Source: Thermoanaerobaculia bacterium (GTDB lineage: Bacteria; Acidobacteriota; Thermoanaerobaculia; Multivoradales; UBA5704). From it: 16,547 bases of DNA. Both the position numbers and the translations under genes were made by a program. Below are positions 1 to 6,999 of this stretch, one piece after another (the first letter of the stretch is position 1; each line of letters opens with the position of its first letter). The DNA lies in the NCBI GenBank assembly GCA_044226625.1, contig JBGAGQ010000097.1:1-16547 (forward strand), in the 5' to 3' direction. The notes under the pieces were generated by a model. The model made no database searches and was not told the DNA's origin. It saw nothing but the letters and a program-made list of their open reading frames with translations.

Positions 1-1
1 G

Positions 2-361
2 TCGCTCGATCTGATGCGCTACCGCCGCGACGCTCCGGCGGGGGTGATGGACTACCTGTTTCTCGAGCGGCTGCTCTGGGCGAAGAGCGCCGGATACGCC
101 TGGTTCAACCTCGGGATGGCGCCGCTCTCGGGGCTTCCCGGAAGAGCCCTGGCACCGCTCTGGAGCCGGCTCGGCTCGACCGTCTACCGCCACGGCGAGG
201 CGTTCTACAACTTCCAGGGGCTTCGCCAATACAAGGAGAAATTCGATCCGGTCTGGGAGCCACGCTATCTCGCGGCCCCCGGAGGCCTCGCCCTCCCGCG
301 CATCCTCGGCGACCTCGCGAGCTTGATCGGAGGAGGGCTGCGCGGAGCGCTCGGGCGGTAG
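2..361 (+). CDS. mprF: C-terminal part of MprF-type aminoacyl-phosphatidylglycerol synthase (DUF2156 domain), 5'-truncated by the window
   Basis: Translation SLDLMRYRRDAPAGVMDYLF...FNLGMAPLSG...FYNFQGLRQYKEKFDPVWEPRYLA matches the characteristic MprF/LPG synthase C-terminus; the frame is open from the window start. Confidence 0.9.
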   Translation, partial: SLDLMRYRRDAPAGVMDYLFLERLLWAKSAGYAWFNLGMAPLSGLPGRALAPLWSRLGSTVYRHGEAFYNFQGLRQYKEKFDPVWEPRYLAAPGGLALPRILGDLASLIGGGLRGALGR

Positions 362-389
362 GGATGGGCCGGACCTTCGGCCCTCGTCC

Positions 390-2531
390 TCACCCCCGGC
401 CGGAGATCCACCGCCGCGCGGCCAGGCTCGGCATCGCCGCCGCGGCGAGGTATCCCTGATAGAGGTCGCACCCGCGCTCGCGCAGGAACTCGAGCTGCGC
501 CGGGGTCTCGACACCTTCCGCGATGGTCTGGAGCCCTAGCCCGCGGGCGAGCTCGATGATCGCGGTGACGATCGCCCGCCCCTGGCGCCCTTGGTCGATG
601 CCGCGGACGAACTCGCGGTCGATCTTCAGGACGTCGAGCGGCAGCCGCTGCAGATAGGAAAACGACGCGTGCCCCGCGCCGAAGTCGTCGAGCGCGACGC
701 GCACGCCGGTCTCGCGGATCGCCGCGAGCAGATGCGCCGTCCGCTCGACCTCGGCCACCGCGGCGCTCTCGGTGATCTCGAGATCGAGCCGATTCGCCGG
801 AAATCCGGTCTCGGCGAGGATCGATTGGACTGTCGCGAGCAGGTCGCCGCGCACCAGCTGATGAGGCGATAGGTTCACCGCGAGGCGCGCCGACGCGGGC
901 CAGGCGCTCGCCTCTCGACAGCCGGCGGCGAGCGCCCAACGGCCGAGCGCGCCGATCAGGAACGAGCTCTCCGCCGCGGCGATGAACTCGGCCGGAGGCA
1001 CCAGACCGCGGGTCGGGTGGCGCCAGCGCATCAACGCCTCGAAACCCACCGTGCGCCCGGTCGCGATCTCGATCTGCGGCTGATAGAAGAGGTCGAACTC
1101 GCTCTGCTCGAGGCCGAGGCGCAGCTCGCTTTCGAGCGTCATCTGCGCGAACACCTGCGCAGACAGGTCGGGCGAGCAGAGCTGGTAACCGTTCCGGCCG
1201 CGATCTTTGGCGCGGTACATGGCGACGTCGGCGCCGGTGAGCAGCGCTTCGGCGTCCGCGCCGTCGGTCGGAAACAGGCTCAGGCCGATGCTGGTGGTCA
1301 CGAACAGCCGCCGGCCGTTGATCTCCATCGGCTCTTCGACCACCTTCAAGATCCGGCGCGCGAGCTCCTCGGCGCGACGCGGGTCGTCCATCCGCGGCAC
1401 GAGCAGGATGAACTCGTCCCCTCCCACCCGGGCGACCGTCTCGTCGCGGCCCGCGACGCGCAACAGCCGCGAGGCGATCTGCTGCAGCATGCGGTCGCCC
1501 GCGCTGTGCCCCAGCGTGTCGTTGACGCGCTTGAACTGGTCGAGGTCGAGGAACAGCACCGCGACGTCGCCGTCGAGCTCGGCCGCCTCGACCAGCGCTT
1601 CGTTCAGCCGTTCGAGCAGCAGCGCGCGATTCGGCAGACCGGTCAAAGAATCGTGGTAGGCGAGGTGGTAGATCTGGCGCTCCGCCTCTTTCCGCGCGGT
1701 GATGTCGACGATCGAGCCTTCGAGAAAATCGGGCTCGCCGCCCACGCCCGGCTGGAGGCTCTCGGTCGCCGAAACCCAGACGGCGCTGCCGTCGCGGCGC
1801 CGCATGCACAGCTCGCGGTCGGAGAGGCTCGCGAACTCGCGCAGCTCGGCGATCGCCCGCTCCCGCTCGGCGACGTCGAAATAGAGCTCGACCGCGTCGC
1901 GGCCGATCAGGTCCCAGCGCGAGGAGTAGCCGAGGATGCGTGCGAAGGCGTCGTTGCAGTCGAGGATCTTCCCCTCGACGCTGTTGCGGAACAGGCCGCC
2001 GATGTGGCGCTCGAACAGGCTGCGGTAGCGTTCTTCCGAGGCCGCGAGCGCCGCCTGCGCCCGCACCCGCTCGGTCGCATCGCGAAAGCTCCAGACCCGG
2101 CCGACCGGCTCGCCCGCCTCGATCAGCGGAATCGAGAAGCGCTCGAAGACGCGCCCGTCTTTGAATCGCAGGACGTCGAACGACTCGCCGTACGGCTGGG
2201 CGTACAGCGCGCGGACCCGGGTGACGAAGTCGTCCGGATCGACGAGCTGATTGACCACCGCGGCGATCGCCGCGGCGTCGTCACCCGCCTCCAGGATCTC
2301 CTCGTCCACACCCCACATCTGACCGAAGCGGCGGTTGTGGGCGACGATCCGCCCCTCCCGATCGACCACGAGCAGTCCGTCCGCCGTCGACTCCAGGGTC
2401 GAGCGAAGGAGCGCGAGCGAACGCCGGATCGCCTCTTCGCCGCTCGCGAATCCTCGACCCAGGGTCCTCTCGCCCCTCTCGCCCCTCTCGCCCCTCTCCA
2501 AAGAGGCGCCGATTTCATCCAAGCTGCGCAA
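390..2531 (-). CDS. PAS-PAS-GGDEF-EAL diguanylate cyclase/phosphodiesterase
   Basis: Two PAS-like segments (STLESTADGLLVVD...VWSFRDATER; RYRSLFE...DITARKEAE), HDSLTGLPNR, FLDLDQFKRVND, ARVGGDEF, GFEALMRW, LEITES, ALDDFGAG, LKID, AEGVET, QGY. The TTG start is uncertain and overlaps the upstream stop by 17 bp. Confidence 0.93.
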   Translation of the reverse strand: MRSLDEIGASLERGERGERGERTLGRGFASGEEAIRRSLALLRSTLESTADGLLVVDREGRIVAHNRRFGQMWGVDEEILEAGDDAAAIAAVVNQLVDPDDFVTRVRALYAQPYGESFDVLRFKDGRVFERFSIPLIEAGEPVGRVWSFRDATERVRAQAALAASEERYRSLFERHIGGLFRNSVEGKILDCNDAFARILGYSSRWDLIGRDAVELYFDVAERERAIAELREFASLSDRELCMRRRDGSAVWVSATESLQPGVGGEPDFLEGSIVDITARKEAERQIYHLAYHDSLTGLPNRALLLERLNEALVEAAELDGDVAVLFLDLDQFKRVNDTLGHSAGDRMLQQIASRLLRVAGRDETVARVGGDEFILLVPRMDDPRRAEELARRILKVVEEPMEINGRRLFVTTSIGLSLFPTDGADAEALLTGADVAMYRAKDRGRNGYQLCSPDLSAQVFAQMTLESELRLGLEQSEFDLFYQPQIEIATGRTVGFEALMRWRHPTRGLVPPAEFIAAAESSFLIGALGRWALAAGCREASAWPASARLAVNLSPHQLVRGDLLATVQSILAETGFPANRLDLEITESAAVAEVERTAHLLAAIRETGVRVALDDFGAGHASFSYLQRLPLDVLKIDREFVRGIDQGRQGRAIVTAIIELARGLGLQTIAEGVETPAQLEFLRERGCDLYQGYLAAAAMPSLAARRWISGRG
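2468..2498. repeat. Short 9-bp tandem repeat (TCTCGCCCC x3) encoding GER-GER-GER
   Basis: tctcgcccc tctcgcccc tctcgcccc tctc is seen directly; translates as ERGERGERGER near the N-terminus of the GGDEF/EAL protein. Confidence 0.75.
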
Positions 2532-3798
2532 ACGCCGCCTCGAGTCGCGGTAATGCCTCTTCGATCGCCGCTCGGGACACCGCGCCTACCGAGAGGCGGA
2601 ACCAGCCGGAGTCGTACGGATAGCCGAAAGCCCGGAACGGCACCACCGCGACGCCCGCCTTCTCGAGCAGGAACCGCCGGATCTCACCGTCCGAGCCGAA
2701 ACGCTCGAGCAGGTCGAACTTCGCCGACAGGTAGATCGCTCCCGCGGGCGGCAGCGCCGCGACCGGCCGCCCGGCGCGCCCGAGCGCCGAGAGTCCGTCA
2801 TAGAGCGCCTGCAGCCGCTCGAGCGCTCCCGAACGGATCGGCTCGACGAGGTCGTCGACCGCCAGGGGATCGGCGAACACCTCGGCGGTCGCGATCTGCT
2901 CGGGCCGGGGCGCCCAGGCTCCGACGTGGCCGATCAGGTCGCGCATCCGGGACAACAGATAGGGCGGCCCCACCGCCCAACCCACGCGCAAACCGGTCGC
3001 CGCGAACGCCTTGCTGATGCCGTCGACGAAGATGGTGTACGGCGCCGCCTCGGGCACCAGCTCGACCGGCGTGAAATGCGGCGCCGAGGCCGCGGCGAGC
3101 AGCCAATAGATCTGGTCGAACAGGATGAACAGCGGCCGCTCCGCTCCCTTCCGCCGGCGGTTCTCCGCGACGACGAGCTCGGTGATCTCAGCGAGGGCGT
3201 CGCGGTGGAATCCGGTGCCCGCGGGGTTCAACGGGCTGTTCAGGACCAACATCCGGGCGCCCTGGAGATGCGGCGCGAGGTCGGCCGCGGTCGGCAGAAA
3301 CCCCGCCTCGGGCGTCGTCGCGACCGCCACCCCTTGGGCGCCGGTGAGGTGGCAATAGTGGTTGTTGTTCCACGAAGGGATCGGGTAGATCACCTTGTCC
3401 CCCGGCTCCACCACCGCCTGATAGCTCGACCAGAGAACCGGCCGCGCCCCCGAGGCGATCCCGATCCCCTCGATCGGATACGGAAGGCCGAGCCGACGCT
3501 CGTAAAAAGTCGCCACCGCGCGACGGAGCGCCGGGACGCCGTCGGAGGGGGGATAGTTGGTCTCCCCCGCCGCGTAGGCCCGACAGACCGCGTCTTCGAG
3601 CGCTTTCGGGATCCGGAACTGCTGCGGCGAGAAGTCGCCCACCGTCAGATCGCAGATCGGCGCGCCGCTCTCGCGCAAGGCCCGGACCTCGCCGGCGATT
3701 CGCAAGATCTCCGAGCCGACGAGGTGGAAGGCCATCGAGCTGACCCCTTCCCGTGCGACGTCCGGAGGAGAGAGGGCGAGGACGGGCGTGGAGGTCAT
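2515..3798 (-). CDS. PLP-dependent aminotransferase class I/II (aspartate aminotransferase-like), 427 aa
   Basis: Motifs DLTVGDF, NYPPSDGVPALR, LNSPLNPAG, FDQIY, GISKAFAATGLRVGW (PLP lysine), GWFRLS. ATG at 3798 is preceded by AAGGAG, so it is preferred over the longer ORF start at 3882. Confidence 0.92.
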   Translation of the reverse strand: MTSTPVLALSPPDVAREGVSSMAFHLVGSEILRIAGEVRALRESGAPICDLTVGDFSPQQFRIPKALEDAVCRAYAAGETNYPPSDGVPALRRAVATFYERRLGLPYPIEGIGIASGARPVLWSSYQAVVEPGDKVIYPIPSWNNNHYCHLTGAQGVAVATTPEAGFLPTAADLAPHLQGARMLVLNSPLNPAGTGFHRDALAEITELVVAENRRRKGAERPLFILFDQIYWLLAAASAPHFTPVELVPEAAPYTIFVDGISKAFAATGLRVGWAVGPPYLLSRMRDLIGHVGAWAPRPEQIATAEVFADPLAVDDLVEPIRSGALERLQALYDGLSALGRAGRPVAALPPAGAIYLSAKFDLLERFGSDGEIRRFLLEKAGVAVVPFRAFGYPYDSGWFRLSVGAVSRAAIEEALPRLEAAFAQLG

Positions 3799-3907
3799 TC
3801 GGTCTCCTTGAAAACGAGGGCCTGGGGCGGAAGAGCGCGGTACCGACGGCCGTAGGTTACCGAACCCTAGGCCCGGAGCCAAACGGCGTTTGCTCGATCC
3901 CGACGAG

Positions 3908-3950
3908 AAAAAGGCCGGCGGCGCCCGGTTCGAGCGGGCTCCGCCGGCCT
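3908..3950 (-). terminator. Intrinsic terminator downstream of the beta-helix gene at 3982-4893
   Basis: Minus strand AGGCCGGCGGAGCCCG-CTCGAAC-CGGGCGCCGCCGGCCT followed by a T run (TTTTTCTC), about 30 nt after the stop. Confidence 0.75.
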
Positions 3951-3981
3951 CGAGAGCCGGTCAACCTGTTCTAGGGAAAGC

Positions 3982-4893
3982 CTATTGCGGCGCGACGGTC
4001 GACGTCGGGGCGCCGTTGGTGGCGTTGCCGCCGTTGCGGATGTCGCCGTGCGAGATGATCTGCCCGGAGTTGGCGGTCACGAGACCGGTGCCGTTGGCGT
4101 AGACCGTCGTGTCGGCGACCCGCACGATCGTGTTGACCCCGTCCGCCCGGATGCCGCCCAACCCGTTGGACACCGAGCTCGAGCCCGAGACGAACAGACC
4201 CGCCGCGCCGTTGGTGTTGAGCGCCTCGAAGCCCTGGGTCGAGTTCGCCGCGGCATAGCTGTCACGGATCGACATGTTGACCAGGCCCTCGACGTGCACG
4301 CCGAAGAGGTTGCGCTCCATGTTCACGTGGTCGATCGTGCCGTTGGCCGATCCCGCGCCGCTCGGCTTGACGAAGATCGCGCCGGCCGCGTTCTCGATGA
4401 ACACCGAATTCGCAACGTAGAGCTGGGAGGCGCCGCTCGGCTCGAAATCGATGCCGCGCTGGGTGAAGCCCTTGAACGAGCACCGCTCGACGCGCAGCGC
4501 GCCACCGGCGAGGAATCGGACGCCGTTCAGGCCCGTGCCGAGGCCCTCGATGTCAAGGCCGCGCAGGACGACGGTATCGGTCGCCGCGGCGTTGACGATG
4601 ATCGCGTTGGTGCCCGAAACGAGCACACCGGCCTCGATGTGGTCGGAGACGATCGAGATCGACTTGGTGATCGTCACACCGCCGAAGCCGCCCGGATCGA
4701 GGACGTTGATCTCGCCCTTGGCGGCGGTCTTCGAAATCGCGCCGGCGAAGGTCTTACACGGGGCGGTACGGCTGCACGGATTGGCGTCGTCGCCGACGCC
4801 GGAGACCCAGGTTCGCGTCGCCTGTCCGTAGGCGAGCGAGGGGACGAGGAGCAGAGCGGAAAGCGCGAGGATATGGCGGAAGGATCGGTACAT
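3982..4893 (-). CDS. Secreted right-handed parallel beta-helix protein (paralog 2)
   Basis: Signal peptide (MYRSFRHILALSALLLVPSLAYG), conserved N-terminus QATRTWVSGVGDDANPCSRTAPCKTFAGAISKT, Gly/Asn-rich beta-helix-type repeats (LRGLDIEG, NGVRF, NLFGVHV, NGTGL); AAAGGAG RBS. Confidence 0.85.
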   Translation of the reverse strand: MYRSFRHILALSALLLVPSLAYGQATRTWVSGVGDDANPCSRTAPCKTFAGAISKTAAKGEINVLDPGGFGGVTITKSISIVSDHIEAGVLVSGTNAIIVNAAATDTVVLRGLDIEGLGTGLNGVRFLAGGALRVERCSFKGFTQRGIDFEPSGASQLYVANSVFIENAAGAIFVKPSGAGSANGTIDHVNMERNLFGVHVEGLVNMSIRDSYAAANSTQGFEALNTNGAAGLFVSGSSSVSNGLGGIRADGVNTIVRVADTTVYANGTGLVTANSGQIISHGDIRNGGNATNGAPTSTVAPQ

Positions 4894-4906
4894 CGCAATC
4901 TCCTTT

Positions 4907-5002
4907 CGAAAACGCGCGGTAACCCGCGCGATTGTCGCTTGGCTGGTGAAGCTCGAAACGATGAGCTTACCAGCACCCTAGGCTCCGCGACGCGCGTTTT
5001 CG
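4907..5002 (-). promoter_or_regulatory. Putative structured leader (terminator/antiterminator-like) between the paralogs
   Basis: Minus-strand hairpin CGCGCGG-GTTA-CCGCGCG followed by TTTT just before the RBS; upstream CGAAAACGCGCG (5002-4991) is perfectly complementary to its 3' arm plus the T run; an internal hairpin GCTGGT-AAGCTC...GAGCTT-C-ACCAGC lies between them. Confidence 0.45.
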
Positions 5003-5039
5003 TTTCACCTGGGACCGCAGAAGCTCGAAACGGGCCGTC

Positions 5040-5963
5040 TCACTGCTTGGTGAGCGTCATGGTCGGCGCTCCGGATCCGTCGTTCTGATTGCCGCCGTAG
5101 GAAATCAGAGCCCCGCCGCTCGCCGCCACCAGACCGCTGGTATTCCCCGTGAACGTCGAGTCCGTGATCCGCACCGTCGCGAGCCCTTCGGACCGCACGC
5201 CCGTGCCGTTGAAGGACGACACCACACCGGTGAGCGAGAGCGTCGGATTCCCGGAGGTACCGATTGCGCCGAAGCCTTCCGCCGTGCTGTTCGTCGCGAT
5301 GCTGTCGGTAACCACGGCGCGCGAGGACTCCTCGATGCGCAGGCCGAAGAGGTTGCGATCCATCTGGACCCGGTTGAGGGTCACGGAGGCGAGACCTCCC
5401 GTCGGGTGGACCCAGATCGCCCCCCCGTTGACCGAGTTGTTCTGGTTCTGGATCCTCGTGTCGACGACCGTGAGCCGGGCCTTGGTCGGGGGCGAGAAGT
5501 CGATCGCCCTCTGGTTGAAGTTCCGGAAGGTGCACTTGTCGACCGTGAGCGATCCGCCGCTGATGAAGTGGATGCCGTTCAAGCCCGTGCCGAGCCCTTC
5601 GAAATCGAGGCCGCGCAGCGTCACCTCGCCCGACCCGGCATTGATGACGATCCCGTGGGTGCCGGAGACGAGAACGCCCGCCTCGAACCCTTCGGAGCTG
5701 ATCGTGATCGATTTCGTGATCGTCACCGAACCGAAGCCGGCCGGATCGAGGACGTTGATCTCGCCCCCCGTCGCCGTCTTGCTGATCGCTCCGGCGAAGG
5801 TCTTACAGGGGGCCGTGCGGCTGCACGGGTTGGCGTCGTCGCCGACGCCGGAGACCCAGGTCCGGGTGGCCTGGGCGCCCGCGGGCAGGGCGGCGAGCGA
5901 GAGAAACGCAAGGGCAGCGGCGAGCGCGACAGGAATCCGGGAAGCGCGAGAAGAGGCCGGCAT
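5040..5963 (-). CDS. Secreted right-handed parallel beta-helix protein (paralog 1)
   Basis: Signal peptide ending PAGA; identical QATRTWVSGVGDDANPCSRTAPCKTFAGAISKTA block; colinear with 3982-4893; AGGAG RBS. Confidence 0.85.
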   Translation of the reverse strand: MPASSRASRIPVALAAALAFLSLAALPAGAQATRTWVSGVGDDANPCSRTAPCKTFAGAISKTATGGEINVLDPAGFGSVTITKSITISSEGFEAGVLVSGTHGIVINAGSGEVTLRGLDFEGLGTGLNGIHFISGGSLTVDKCTFRNFNQRAIDFSPPTKARLTVVDTRIQNQNNSVNGGAIWVHPTGGLASVTLNRVQMDRNLFGLRIEESSRAVVTDSIATNSTAEGFGAIGTSGNPTLSLTGVVSSFNGTGVRSEGLATVRITDSTFTGNTSGLVAASGGALISYGGNQNDGSGAPTMTLTKQ

Positions 5964-6050
5964 GGCAATCTCCTAGAAGGAACGGACGGACTCTCGGCGC
6001 CATGCCCGGCGGGCGGCCCGAGGGACCGCTAGGTTTGGACGGAACGATTT

Positions 6051-6059
6051 ATTCTAACA
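6051..6059 (-). promoter_or_regulatory. Candidate extended -10 promoter (TGn-TAGAAT) for the beta-helix pair
   Basis: Minus strand GGTGTTAGAATAAAT, the only AT-rich patch in this intergenic region, about 90 nt upstream of the ATG at 5963. Confidence 0.5.
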
Positions 6060-6153
6060 CCCTCACCGGGGCGTACCACGGGACAGAACGGGAGGGGACG
6101 GGCGTGGACGACCCGTACCGGCGGGATGTCGCGAGGCCGGACTAGAGGCCGGA

Positions 6154-6999
6154 CTAGAGATAGACCGTCGCCACCGAGGCGGCGACCGCGACGAAGCTCG
6201 CGAGCAGGCTCACGACGCCCCAGAGCACGTGATCGGCGCGCTCTTCGCGCAGCGGATCGAGCCACAGCGCGAGCAGCCACCCGCCGGCGAAACCGCCGAA
6301 GTGGGCCCAGTTGTCGACGTTCGGCACCAGGAAGCCGAAGGCGATCAACGGCAGCAGCCAGCCCCAGGTTTGGCTCTTGATGTAACGGTTGCCGGTCCGG
6401 CGGCCGTAGTAGATCAACGCCGCGAGCAGGCCGCAGATCCCAGCCGAGGCGCCGAGCGTGAGCCCTCCCGGCTGCCCCGTCATCATCGAGCGGACGTACC
6501 CCGCACCCGTGCTGGCGAGAAAACCCGTGACCGACGAGACCGAGAAAAGCAGCACCATCCGCCCCGGCCCGTACAGGTGCGCGACGCCGGGCGCCAGATT
6601 GCGCAGCGACATCATGTTGAAGAAGAGGTGCAGGAGGCCGGCATGGAGCAGCCCGGCCGAGAGCGGCGTCCACCATCGGCCGAACACCGTCACCGGGAAC
6701 GAGCCGCTCGCGCCGAACACCACCATCGCCTTGGAGCTCGGCGAGAGGAAACCTAGCAGGCCACCGCTCCCTTGGATACCGCTCGGGTCGTACCAGAGCA
6801 TCAGCGCGTAGATCGCGACGCACGAGCCGACCAGGAGCATCGAAAACCCGAGGTCGTCCCCCAGCCGTTGGAGCACGCCGACGAAACCGAACAGCCCCGG
6901 CCGCGCCCTACCGCAGTAAGGGCACTTGGGCTCGCCCACGTCGACCAGCCGGCCGCAGCTCGGGCAGACGACCGCGCCGGTTCGCTGGCGAGGGATCAA
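6154..6999 (-). CDS. Rhomboid-family intramembrane serine protease with N-terminal zinc ribbon, about 281 aa
   Basis: CPSC-x10-CPYC at the N-terminus; WWTPLSAGLLHAGLLHLFFNM, GASAG (catalytic Ser), DNWAHFGG (catalytic His); several TM segments. TTG start overlaps the aconitase TGA (TTGA at 6996-6999). Confidence 0.88.
   Translation of the reverse strand: MIPRQRTGAVVCPSCGRLVDVGEPKCPYCGRARPGLFGFVGVLQRLGDDLGFSMLLVGSCVAIYALMLWYDPSGIQGSGGLLGFLSPSSKAMVVFGASGSFPVTVFGRWWTPLSAGLLHAGLLHLFFNMMSLRNLAPGVAHLYGPGRMVLLFSVSSVTGFLASTGAGYVRSMMTGQPGGLTLGASAGICGLLAALIYYGRRTGNRYIKSQTWGWLLPLIAFGFLVPNVDNWAHFGGFAGGWLLALWLDPLREERADHVLWGVVSLLASFVAVAASVATVYL

Noticed and set aside
265-3017. Long ORFs 265..1809 (-) and 1017..3017 (+)
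   Set aside because: Arg/Pro-rich or antisense shadows of the GGDEF/EAL and aminotransferase genes, typical of high-GC DNA.
3830-3895. Resemblance of the aminotransferase leader (CCGGGCCTAGGGTTCGGTAACCTACGGCCGTCGG, minus strand) to c-di-GMP-I P3 or the ykkC CUAGGGUUCCG motif
   Set aside because: The GAAA-tetraloop P2 of c-di-GMP-I and the 3' conserved ykkC stem are missing, and TAACCT may simply be a -10 element. An Rfam cmscan would settle it.
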